DNA of 40,429 nucleotides from a virus (Duplodnaviria; Heunggongvirae; Uroviricota; Caudoviricetes): IMG/VR virus record IMGVR_UViG_2529293138_000011, positions 1 to 40,429 of that record; one strand, 5' to 3'. Shown piece by piece: positions 31,350 to 39,181 of this stretch (position 1 is its first letter; each line of letters starts with the position of its first letter). The notes under the pieces were generated by a model. It saw only the letters and a program-made list of their open reading frames with translations, ran no database searches and was not told where the DNA came from. The position numbers and the translations under genes were made by a program.

Positions 31350-31718
31350 ATGGTTGGAACCGCTATAGCAAGCTTTTTTGGGATGTTGGCAATCTCAACA
31401 ATTTACGGCTTAGCGCATGCTTTTATTGCGAAATCTCTATCAGAAAAAATAAGCCAGGCTTGGGCGCATAGATCAGCTCGTTTCATGATTCTAGTGGTCA
31501 TAGCAATACAAGGGATATCTGCATTTATCCTCTATGGATCAAGCTTATACCTGTTGTATCAAGGCGCGACATTTACGCCTTACACCAGTGATTACGGAAC
31601 TCTATACGATGGTAGTGAAGACATCTCTATGGCTTGGATCGTCTTTGGTTTATCTATGGCCGTGTCTGTTGTAGCAGACATCATTAAGGTAATTCTCGTC
31701 TTAACCTTCGCTGACTAA
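31350..31718 (+). CDS. Small multi-pass membrane protein co-oriented immediately downstream of cI (rex/sie-position moron)
   Basis: 122 aa with about three hydrophobic helices (AIASFFGMLAISTIYGLAHAFI; FMILVVIAIQGISAFILYGSSLYLLY; MAWIVFGLSMAVSVVADIIKVILVL). RBS AAGGGGGA. No resemblance to RexB or SieB by eye. Confidence 0.6.
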   Translation: MVGTAIASFFGMLAISTIYGLAHAFIAKSLSEKISQAWAHRSARFMILVVIAIQGISAFILYGSSLYLLYQGATFTPYTSDYGTLYDGSEDISMAWIVFGLSMAVSVVADIIKVILVLTFAD

Positions 31719-31803
31719 CCCATAATCCCGGCAGCAATAGCTATCGGGATCCACTTCACATATCCCGCATAAAAAACACTGAACAAGCAGACACCGAAAA
31801 AAT

Positions 31804-31888
31804 AAATATCCTTTGTATTCATTTGCTTATCATTATTTCACCAAAAATAAATACCTTGGGTATTTACACAATAAAATACCTACAGTAT
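31804..31888. promoter_or_regulatory. OL operators and pL promoter
   Basis: Operator-like palindromes AATATCCTTTGTATT, AATACCTTGGGTATT and AATACCTACAGTATT (same family as OR). Candidate -35 TTTACA and -10 TATTCT on the + strand. Confidence 0.6.
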
Positions 31889-31935
31889 TCTTTAGCCATC
31901 AGCAGGACGCTGGAAGCCAAACGGAACAGATTGGC

Positions 31936-31977
31936 AGGCTCTTTAACATTGATGGGATTGTCCCGCCGAAATGCGGG
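31936..31977 (+). promoter_or_regulatory. nutL (boxA GGCTCTTTAACA plus boxB hairpin)
   Basis: boxA-like GCTCTTTAACATT followed by hairpin TCCCGC-CGAAAT-GCGGGA, about 110 bp upstream of N. Confidence 0.65.
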
Positions 31978-32085
31978 AACCAAAGAGTAGTTGGCTTTGG
32001 GGTGGCGTGAAGTGCAGCTGCACGACGGCAACCGGAAGATAAGCACCCGGCGCGTCACCGCCAAAGTCAATCATCGGAGGTCAAC

Positions 32086-32385
32086 ATGACAGTAGTCATT
32101 ACATATCTGGCTGACGATAACGCCAGAAATCGCCGCAGAGCACGCAGACAGGCTCAACGTGAGCAGGCAATGCAAGAACAGCGACTGGCGCGAAAAATTG
32201 CGCTAAAGCTCTCTGGTTGCGTCAGAGCAGACAAAGCAGCATCACTCGGAAGCCTTCTCTGCAAGAAGGCAGATGAAGTCGAGCGTAAACAGAACCGTAT
32301 TTACTACCGCAAGCCACGCAGTGAAATGGGCGTGACTTGTGTTGGTCGCCAGAAAATGAAATTAGGTAGCAAACCACTTATTTGA
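32086..32385 (+). CDS. N: Antitermination protein N (phage 21 / HK022 Nun family C-terminus)
   Basis: 99 aa. Arg-rich motif NARNRRRARRQAQREQ; C-terminal ERKQNRIYYRKPRSEMGVTCVGRQKMKLGSKPLI resembles phage 21 N. RBS GGAGG. Confidence 0.8.
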   Translation: MTVVITYLADDNARNRRRARRQAQREQAMQEQRLARKIALKLSGCVRADKAASLGSLLCKKADEVERKQNRIYYRKPRSEMGVTCVGRQKMKLGSKPLI

Positions 32386-32393
32386 GGTGATAT

Positions 32394-32645
32394 ATGGAAT
32401 TTCATGAAAGTGCGATTTATGATTTTCGCGCTAACGCAAATTCAGTAAAACCACAGCCAATTGCAGTTCTTTTTAAAACAATGGGGTCGTGGGCTGTTTT
32501 ATGCTTCGCCGCTGATGACACTGACGCAAGAATGGCAATAGGCCAAGAGATGGAGATGGACCCGACAAACGATGAATTCATAATTTATGGCGCTCCATCT
32601 AATTACTTACTTGATACCTGCAACATTTACAACAAGGCTGCCTGA
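32394..32645 (+). CDS. Hypothetical early protein (ral/sieB slot)
   Basis: 83-aa ORF with RBS GAGGTGA, immediately after N; no recognisable domain. Confidence 0.5.
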   Translation: MEFHESAIYDFRANANSVKPQPIAVLFKTMGSWAVLCFAADDTDARMAIGQEMEMDPTNDEFIIYGAPSNYLLDTCNIYNKAA

Positions 32646-32781
32646 CGGTGGCCTTTATTTTTGGCACAAACAACAGAATAAACACTGCACTGTGTATTCA
32701 TTCCAACGAGTGAATACACGGAGCAATGTCGCTCGTAACTAAACAGGAGCCGACTTGTTCTGATTATTGGAAATCTTCTTT

Positions 32782-32807
32782 GCCCTCCAATGTGAGGGCC
32801 TTTTTAT
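32782..32807 (+). terminator. Rho-independent terminator (tL1-like) in the pL operon
   Basis: GCCCTCcaatgtGAGGGC followed by CTTTTTAT. Confidence 0.65.
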
Positions 32808-32871
32808 ATGCATACCAATAACGCTTCACTCGAGGCGTTTTCGTTATGCAATCAAACAGAAGGAGCATCCT

Positions 32872-33042
32872 ATGCAACAGTTCGCTATTGCAGGGGCGGC
32901 ATCGGTTCGCCCTTTCAACCCGATTTTATCGGTACAGCATTCACGAAAAAACATTTTAACCGGAGCAGACTTTAAACAACCAAGAATGAAAAGCTTGCTC
33001 GAAAAGCTTTGGGATATTTTGAAACAACAAGGCCGCCCATGA
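32872..33042 (+). CDS. cIII: CIII-like protein (FtsH inhibitor)
   Basis: From the internal Met with RBS AAGGAG: MQQFAIAGAASVRPFNPILSVQHSRKNILTGADFKQPRMKSLLEKLWDILKQQGRP. The MQ.AIAG start and the amphipathic LLEKLWDIL segment resemble lambda CIII. Confidence 0.6.
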   Translation: MQQFAIAGAASVRPFNPILSVQHSRKNILTGADFKQPRMKSLLEKLWDILKQQGRP

Positions 33043-33146
33043 GTTTTACAGACAACTGGTCAGACGAAGAATTCATTCGTCAGATGAACAAAATGCTCAA
33101 TCAGCACAAAGAACAGGAGAAAGATGATGATTCTGACTCTGAATGA
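33039..33146 (+). CDS. Possible 35-aa acidic ORF overlapping the cIII stop (kil position)
   Basis: Hand translation: MSFTDNWSDEEFIRQMNKMLNQHKEQEKDDDSDSE. ATGA overlap with the cIII stop; overlaps the next gene start, so uncertain. Confidence 0.25.
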   Translation: MSFTDNWSDEEFIRQMNKMLNQHKEQEKDDDSDSE

Positions 33147-33435
33147 TAAGCGTGAAATATCGCAAATAATCGCAAGTTTTACCGATGATGATTACGAACG
33201 AATCAACAGTGAAGTTGATCGCCTCTGCAAACGTTGCGACCCAATAAGCGAAATGCTTCGCTCATATAAACCAGATGAACACACTAAGGACGCTATCGAC
33301 TGGCTGGAAGATGATGACTGTAACTATCAGGAAAAAGCCGCTGAATGGTTCTGGGATGCAATAACCGAAAGAGTTAAGGCTGAATATGCCTTCGCAATAT
33401 TCAAACGCAGACATATTTATGGAGAAGCTGCATGA
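33124..33435 (+). CDS. Hypothetical early protein
   Basis: 103-aa ORF with RBS AGGAGA; acidic; directly upstream of the RecT-family gene. Confidence 0.55.
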   Translation: MMILTLNDKREISQIIASFTDDDYERINSEVDRLCKRCDPISEMLRSYKPDEHTKDAIDWLEDDDCNYQEKAAEWFWDAITERVKAEYAFAIFKRRHIYGEAA

Positions 33436-34334
33436 GCAATATCGTTGAATTCGTTAAACAGCAGGAGCAGTTATTCTGCGGAGCATTGACTGAACAGACG
33501 GTGACATGGGCTAAGGAAAGCCAGTTTGCAATTCAGTATTTCCAGAAAAACGATTACCTGGCTAAAACGGCACTGGCAAATCCAACCAGCGCACAGAACG
33601 CCATCATCAATGTTGCGGCGATCGGCATCACCTTAAACCCGGCCAGCAAACTGGCTTATCTGGTTCCGCGCGACGGCATGGTGTGCCTTGATATCAGTTA
33701 CATGGGATTACTTCATCTTGCGCAATCGACAGGATCAATTAAGTGGGGGCAATGCAAACTGGTGTACTCAAACGACATCTATGAATCAAATGGCCTTGAT
33801 TCAGCACCAACCCACAAATACAACGCATTTGGTGAGCGAGGCTCTATTGTTGGAGGTTATTGCACGGTTAAAACAGCAGATGGTGACTACCTGACTGAAG
33901 AAATGAGTCTGGCAGAAATTAAAGCTGTGGAAGCAACGAGCAAGGCAAAGAATGGACCGTGGAAAACATTCTGGGAAGAGATGGCGCGTAAAACAATAGT
34001 TAAACGCGCCAGCAAATACTGGCCTAAAGCCCAGCGACTGGATAATGCCATTCACCTGCTTAACGAAGATGAAGGTATGCATCAGGAACCAGTTATGCCG
34101 CACAAATCAGAGGAAGATATCCGCGAAGATGAACGGAAACGCCAGCAGGAAATAATGGATAAAGCACAACTTCTTTGTGATGAAATGGCTCAGGCAGAAA
34201 ACATGGATGATTTGAAGCGATATTTTGCAGAAGCATATCGCCTGACATCTGGAATGAAATTGCAGCAGAACGTACAAGCCATTTACGCAGAATGCAAAGC
34301 GAAACTGGAGGTTGCCAGTGAGCAAACTATATGA
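33432..34334 (+). CDS. RecT-family single-strand annealing recombinase
   Basis: 300 aa. NGPWKTFWEEMARKTIVKRASKYWP matches the conserved RecT motif (compare Rac RecT NGPWVTHWEEMAKKTAIRRLFKYLP). Confidence 0.8.
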   Translation: MSNIVEFVKQQEQLFCGALTEQTVTWAKESQFAIQYFQKNDYLAKTALANPTSAQNAIINVAAIGITLNPASKLAYLVPRDGMVCLDISYMGLLHLAQSTGSIKWGQCKLVYSNDIYESNGLDSAPTHKYNAFGERGSIVGGYCTVKTADGDYLTEEMSLAEIKAVEATSKAKNGPWKTFWEEMARKTIVKRASKYWPKAQRLDNAIHLLNEDEGMHQEPVMPHKSEEDIREDERKRQQEIMDKAQLLCDEMAQAENMDDLKRYFAEAYRLTSGMKLQQNVQAIYAECKAKLEVASEQTI

Positions 34335-34800
34335 AATTGCCAATGAATACGCAAAATTGATGGATTCAGATTTAGAACCAGAGATGATTGCTGACACAAT
34401 AGAAGGCATGGAAGGAGAATTTACCGATAAAATAGAGCAACTTCTTTCCGTCATTAAAAATGAATCTGGTTATGCTGAACGCCTCAAGGAAGAGGCAAAG
34501 TCACTGAATGAGCGAGCCGCAGTAATTCAAAATAAGATTGACAGCATCAAATCATATATAGCGTCATCGCTTGAAATGGTTGGCAAGAAAAATATTCGAG
34601 CAGGTATTCACCAGGTAACAATCCGCAAACCGTCAGAAATTGTAGAAATAATCGACTCAAGCGCCCTTCCTCCTGAATACGTTGAGTTTGAAACGACAAT
34701 TAAAGCCGACAAACTGGCAATCAAGCACCAACTAAAAGCAGGAATAAATATTCCCGGTGCTCAACTCAAGGTTGGGAAACCTTCACTTCTTATCAAATAA
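34318..34800 (+). CDS. Hypothetical recombination-module protein (possibly Gp157-like)
   Basis: GTG start with RBS GGAGG 6 nt upstream: VSKLYEIANEYAKLMDSDLEPEM.... Coiled-coil-rich. Family assignment is tentative. Confidence 0.45.
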   Translation: MSKLYEIANEYAKLMDSDLEPEMIADTIEGMEGEFTDKIEQLLSVIKNESGYAERLKEEAKSLNERAAVIQNKIDSIKSYIASSLEMVGKKNIRAGIHQVTIRKPSEIVEIIDSSALPPEYVEFETTIKADKLAIKHQLKAGINIPGAQLKVGKPSLLIK

Positions 34801-34811
34801 CGGTATCGCCT

Positions 34812-35126
34812 ATGAAAAAGACTCCATGGGAGAAATGGGAAGTCGATTTCTTGCGCGAAGTATCGGCGACAATGCCAGTTGAAGTTATTGCTGAAAAACT
34901 GGAAAGGACTGAAAAAGCAGTTATGGCGAAAGCAACAAGGATTGGCGCTGACATTGTTAGCCGACTTCGTGGAAGACGCTGGACAAGAGCCGAAGTATCA
35001 CTTTTCGGTAAGTTCTCCGCAGAAGAAATAGCAATTGCAACCTGCCGCTCAATTTATTCAGTAAGAGCTATGCGATACAAGCTAAAAAAACTCAATGAAG
35101 AAAGAGCAGGCATACGAATAAATTAA
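34812..35126 (+). CDS. Hypothetical protein with two tandem Trp-containing helical repeats (possible Myb/SANT-like DNA binding)
   Basis: 104 aa. Repeats PWEKWEVDFLREVSATMPVEVIAEKLERTEKAV and RWTRAEVSLFGKFSAEEIAIATCRSIYSV. Confidence 0.5.
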   Translation: MKKTPWEKWEVDFLREVSATMPVEVIAEKLERTEKAVMAKATRIGADIVSRLRGRRWTRAEVSLFGKFSAEEIAIATCRSIYSVRAMRYKLKKLNEERAGIRIN

Positions 35127-35142
35127 CATGGAGTAATTAACA

Positions 35143-35424
35143 ATGAAGCTAAACATCGACCTTGGAAAATACGTTATTACCGGAACCAAACACGACCTGA
35201 TTCTTAGCGAAAGAGGAATTATCAAAGAAGGTGAGAATGCAGGGAAAGAAACACTAAGCCGTATCGGTTATTACAGCAAGTTTGAGCATCTGGTTAAAGA
35301 GTTATGCAACCGTGAAATTCTGTTATCTCAAGCGCGGACGCTACAGGATATTCAGCAGCATATCGAGACTTTAGGTGTGTCACTTAGCATGGCCGTTGAC
35401 CAGTTCGTGGAGAGTAAATCATGA
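35143..35424 (+). CDS. Hypothetical protein
   Basis: 93-aa ORF; stop overlaps the next start. Confidence 0.5.
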   Translation: MKLNIDLGKYVITGTKHDLILSERGIIKEGENAGKETLSRIGYYSKFEHLVKELCNREILLSQARTLQDIQQHIETLGVSLSMAVDQFVESKS

Positions 35425-35588
35425 GAGGACTTGCATACAATCCCGGCATTCTTCCGGCAGAAATGATTATTCGCCAACGCGTAAAGCCAATGCCATCGAG
35501 AGAGGAATTGCTTAAGAGAAATTCTTTTCCATCAGTGAATCAAAACAAATATCTGAATGCGATGTGGCGCAAAGGAGGAAAACAGTGA
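35421..35588 (+). CDS. Possible small ORF (55 aa) coupled to flanking genes
   Basis: Hand translation: [68 protein letters not shown] and GTGA overlaps at each end. Confidence 0.35.
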   Translation: MRGLAYNPGILPAEMIIRQRVKPMPSREELLKRNSFPSVNQNKYLNAMWRKGGKQ

Positions 35589-36301
35589 GCGAAATTGACT
35601 ATCAGGCACTGCGTGCTAAGGCAGAAAAAGCAACGTGTGGCGAGTGGTCGCTCGAATATGGAGAGGGCCGATTTGATGGTGATGATGCGCTAATTCATCG
35701 TGAAGTTGTTGGATATCTTCCCATTTGCAGAATTGAAGGAGCGCATCCAGAAAGCGGTTTCGATGAAGATTTCCAAATGGAACAGCAGGCCAATGCTGAA
35801 TTCATCGCCGTAGCCAATCCGGCTACCGTCTTGGCGCTGCTGGATGAGCTGGAAAGAAAACAGCAATACATCAAACGCCGCGACCAGGAGAACGAGGAGA
35901 TTGCGCTAACGGTAGGGAAGCTGCGCGTTGAGCTGGAAGGCAAAGACAGCAAAATAGCCAATCTTACCGCCGAACGCGATGCTCTTCGTGAAGGTGAGAT
36001 GGGCGACGCTAGGCATAGCAACACACGGGCCGCAGCTGATATCTACTTCCAACTGGTCGAGGAGTGCGAAATTCCTGCTGGTGGTTCTCTGGTCGAGTAC
36101 GTTGACGATATGCGCGAGAAGCTGGAAGCCGCAGAGAAGCGCATTGCAGAACTGGAGGAGCGGGAAATACTGCTCCCGGAACGTAGCAGCATGCTTCATC
36201 GAACAGATTTTCACGATGATTACCAAACGGTAATGGCATACAAAGTTTCTGAAGTCATCGCTGCAATCCGCGCCGCTGGCATCCGCATCAAAGGAGAGTG
36301 A
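35585..36301 (+). CDS. Ead/Ea22-like early protein
   Basis: GTG start with [38 protein letters not shown]...; central coiled coil. Resembles the Ead/Ea22 family of enterobacterial prophages. Confidence 0.6.
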   Translation: MSEIDYQALRAKAEKATCGEWSLEYGEGRFDGDDALIHREVVGYLPICRIEGAHPESGFDEDFQMEQQANAEFIAVANPATVLALLDELERKQQYIKRRDQENEEIALTVGKLRVELEGKDSKIANLTAERDALREGEMGDARHSNTRAAADIYFQLVEECEIPAGGSLVEYVDDMREKLEAAEKRIAELEEREILLPERSSMLHRTDFHDDYQTVMAYKVSEVIAAIRAAGIRIKGE

Positions 36302-36302
36302 T

Positions 36303-36530
36303 ATGGCTAACTCATTACTTGAAACCTGCAACAACTGGCAGATTCAGAGGGCGGAGATTTTATCTCGCAATCCAGATATGGCAATGACAATTGACAATCT
36401 GGATACGCTAATTGAGCGAACCGTGCGCTCTGCAATTGATATAGCACATCGAGTGGATTGGGATTTCAGAGAAGCGGAGCGACTTGCTAAAGAGCAGGCG
36501 AAAGCAGCGGGTAAAGGAGAGGCATCATGA
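36303..36530 (+). CDS. Hypothetical protein
   Basis: 75-aa ORF MANSLLETCNNWQIQRAEIL..., coupled to the downstream gene. Confidence 0.5.
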   Translation: MANSLLETCNNWQIQRAEILSRNPDMAMTIDNLDTLIERTVRSAIDIAHRVDWDFREAERLAKEQAKAAGKGEAS

Positions 36531-37606
36531 AAACTTTCACTATTGACTGGCTCAACAAATGCCGCTGCGGGAATAAATCACACACGGTCAAAACAGCTCG
36601 CGGAAATGAAACCGCCTTGTGGGATGACGATGCCGTTAAGTGCAACTCCTGCGGTCGTGGCGGAGTCATTCAAGTCTGTGAGGGGCAGGCGCGAGTTTTA
36701 TGGGAAACCGATGAAGAGATGGCGGATGGAAAACCCATGACCACTATAACCAAAGAGCGACTGCTGACAATCAAGCAGTGGCGCGAAACATACGGACCTG
36801 GTAGCAACGTTGTACTGCCAGCAGAAGAAACGGAAGAACTGGCACGAATTGCACTGGCATCACTGGAACGCGAACTGATTCGCCACGAGCATGCCAAATG
36901 GTCTGACTCCACATTTGGCTGCGTTGGCCCCATTGGTCCACTGAAACACCTCTCAAAAGAGGCTCTGGAAGCCGCAGCCGAACCAGACGATCTCAGCGAG
37001 TGGGCTGATATGCATTTCCTGTTGTTGGATGCACAGCGCCGTGCTGGCATCAGCGATGCTGAAATTACCGCTGCTATGGAAGATAAATTGAAGATCAACA
37101 TGGAGCGCCAGTGGCCTGAACCAAAAGATGGTGAGCCTCGCTTGCACATTAAAGAACCCGGCAACTCTCCGGTAATTCCGGATGGTTTATCCACGGTATG
37201 CGCTGAGGCTTATCAGGTTGTAGGAGTTATGGCAGATGCGCTTGGTGTATTCGGTGATGCAGCAGTACAGAAAGTTCTGGATAACCTGTCACAGCAAAAA
37301 CTTGTTCACAAAGATGTGCTGCCGTTCTCGCTTCCGGTGACTCCGGATGGTTGGATAAGCTGTAGTGATCGAATGCCTGTAATTGGCGAGCTAAATTGGA
37401 GAACTAGTTTTCCTTTACTGGTTACGTGTGAGATCGGCGTTATATCAGCTTATTACGGCTTTGTGAGCGTTAATGGGGATAGGCATTATGGCTTTATGGA
37501 GAGTCTTAAATACGGAGACGATAGCGGCAACCATCCTCAAACTAATGAATATGGTCTGATTAGCAATGTAACCCACTGGATGCCGCTACCAGAGCCTCCA
37601 CTTTGA
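36527..37606 (+). CDS. Multi-domain early protein: N-terminal Cys4 zinc ribbon, dATP/dGTP pyrophosphohydrolase-like (DUF550) middle, DUF551-like C-terminus
   Basis: 359 aa. CRCGNKSH...CNSCGRGG; middle HEHAKWSDSTFGCVGPIGPLKHLSKEALEAAAEPDDLSEWADMHFLLLDAQRRAG; C-terminal WISCSDRMP...VTHWMPLPEPP. Confidence 0.65.
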   Translation: MKTFTIDWLNKCRCGNKSHTVKTARGNETALWDDDAVKCNSCGRGGVIQVCEGQARVLWETDEEMADGKPMTTITKERLLTIKQWRETYGPGSNVVLPAEETEELARIALASLERELIRHEHAKWSDSTFGCVGPIGPLKHLSKEALEAAAEPDDLSEWADMHFLLLDAQRRAGISDAEITAAMEDKLKINMERQWPEPKDGEPRLHIKEPGNSPVIPDGLSTVCAEAYQVVGVMADALGVFGDAAVQKVLDNLSQQKLVHKDVLPFSLPVTPDGWISCSDRMPVIGELNWRTSFPLLVTCEIGVISAYYGFVSVNGDRHYGFMESLKYGDDSGNHPQTNEYGLISNVTHWMPLPEPPL

Positions 37607-37702
37607 AAGCGAAGCTTATACATATCTTTTACATCAGCAATCTATTGTTAATCTCCAATCAATGTTACGTTGTCATCTCACTCATGCTTTGGAGGTAGTG
37701 AT

Positions 37703-37882
37703 ATGTCTTGTCCAAAATGCGGTTCTGGAAATATTGCAAAAGAAAAAACAATGCGTGGATGGTCTGGAGATTATGTGTGCTGCGATTGCGGATACAACGA
37801 CTCTAAAGACGCATTTGGAGAGCGTGGTAAAAACGAGTTTGTTAAAATTAATAAAGAAAGCGAAGGCAACGAAAAAAGCTAA
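37703..37882 (+). CDS. Small zinc-ribbon protein
   Basis: From the internal Met with RBS GGAGGT: MSCPKCGSGNIAKEKTMRGWSGDYVCCDCGYND..., two CxxC pairs. Confidence 0.55.
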   Translation: MSCPKCGSGNIAKEKTMRGWSGDYVCCDCGYNDSKDAFGERGKNEFVKINKESEGNEKS

Positions 37883-37947
37883 TTTATTTATTCATATATG
37901 AAAACAATGTAACCAATATTCGAATTGAAGAACTGAAAGAACACCAA

Positions 37948-37969
37948 GCCGCCTGATGGCGGTTTTTTT
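37948..37969 (+). terminator. Rho-independent terminator
   Basis: GCCGCCtgatGGCGG followed by TTTTTTTATT. Confidence 0.65.
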
Positions 37970-37983
37970 ATTGGAGACAAGAA

Positions 37984-38328
37984 ATGTCAGATTTGGCTAT
38001 GAAGGTTTTGAAATGGCAATCGACTGGCGATGTTGGCATCAGTAGCGCAACTCTTGCCTCAATCGCATGTGGACTGAAAAAGAATATCTATGGTCATAGC
38101 TTCGGCGCTCCACATGACGCAGCCGATTTCCGACGATGCGTTGCACTTGTTGAGCAGATTCCAGAAATCAGAGATTCATTCGACAAGGTTGCAAAGCGCG
38201 TTCCGACATTCAAAGGCATCCTCAACGAATGGGATTCCCTCGTTGCTCTGTTGAAGTCTGAAATGAAGATACACGGAAACAAAGCACCAGAGACTTACAG
38301 AAGAATCAGCGAGCTACGCAAGGACTAA
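37984..38328 (+). CDS. Hypothetical protein
   Basis: 114-aa ORF, globular composition, followed by a terminator. Confidence 0.5.
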   Translation: MSDLAMKVLKWQSTGDVGISSATLASIACGLKKNIYGHSFGAPHDAADFRRCVALVEQIPEIRDSFDKVAKRVPTFKGILNEWDSLVALLKSEMKIHGNKAPETYRRISELRKD

Positions 38329-38385
38329 CCCGCCTCACACTCGATGAGGCATTTTCATTTATCAAGATATCCAGACCTACCATCG

Positions 38386-38407
38386 CCGCATCAATGCGGT
38401 TTTTTTA
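38386..38407 (+). terminator. Rho-independent terminator
   Basis: CCGCATcaATGCGG followed by TTTTTTTAT. Confidence 0.65.
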
Positions 38408-38451
38408 TTACCTGATTTGCAGGTTCGATTCCCTATTCGGAGATAGCACTC

Positions 38452-38652
38452 ATGCAACACGAACTACAGCCTGATTCCCTGGTTGATTTGAAATTCATCA
38501 TGGCTGATACTGGCTTTGGTAAAACCTTCATCTACGACCGGATTAAGTCCGGCGACCTGCCAAAAGCCAAAGTTATCCACGGGCGAGCAAGATGGTTATA
38601 TCGTGACCATTGTGAATTCAAAAATAAGCTCTTAAGCCGCGCCAATGGGTAA
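38452..38652 (+). CDS. AlpA-family DNA-binding protein, putative excisionase/recombination directionality factor
   Basis: 66 aa. LVDLKFIMADTGFGKTFIYDRIKSGDLPKAKVIHGRARWLYRDHCEF fits the AlpA/Xis helix-turn-helix pattern. About 70 bp upstream of the att core. Confidence 0.7.
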   Translation: MQHELQPDSLVDLKFIMADTGFGKTFIYDRIKSGDLPKAKVIHGRARWLYRDHCEFKNKLLSRANG

Positions 38653-38725
38653 AATAGCGGGTAAAATATTTCTCACACCTAAAAAACACCATTCCAATCA
38701 ATCCCCTGCCGCTTCAAGTAGATGT

Positions 38726-38740
38726 CTGCAGGGGACACCA
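38726..38740 (+). other. attR core: partial copy of a tRNA 3' end (CTGCAGGGGACACCA), consistent with argW tRNA-Arg
   Basis: CTGCAGGGGACACCA carries a tRNA acceptor 3' strand and CCA but is not preceded by a full tRNA. This is the expected signature of the att direct repeat at the distal prophage end. Identity to argW is from memory. Confidence 0.55.
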
Positions 38741-39181
38741 GATACCCTTCAAACCAAATCTACCTTCATCCCGTAAACGATGGGTTTGGCAGCACACTTG
38801 CCCTATATCTACTCATTTTTACTGCAACAGGTTGAAATCTCAGCACTGTCAGAAAGCGCTGATGACTAAACAGCCCTGGGCCGGGCGATGTAACCATCAC
38901 ACAGAATCCTGATAGCGAAATACGGCGTGACTCGATACTTCACTCCGCAATGCATTCCTTGATGAATTCGCAGGCCCGTGATACACGGGACAGGTCGCTG
39001 AATGACGACAATGTCCTGGAAATCAGCGAACCGTGTATCCGGAGTACATTTGAGCGACTGTACCAGAACATGAATGAGGTGTTTGGATTAGGCGATTATT
39101 AGCAGGGCTAAGCATTTTACTATTATTATTTTCCGGTTGAGGGATATGGAGATATCGACAACAACCGGAAAAAGTTTACGT

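Noticed and set aside
36670-37194. 174-aa minus-strand ORF inside the DUF550/DUF551 gene
   Set aside because: Antisense to a gene with recognisable domains; Ser/Ala/Arg-rich low-complexity translation.
38866-39102. Open frame in host DNA between attR and cscB (internal Met at 38950 gives about 50 aa)
   Set aside because: No RBS, and no ATG until late in the frame; likely a gene remnant or non-coding. Not annotated.
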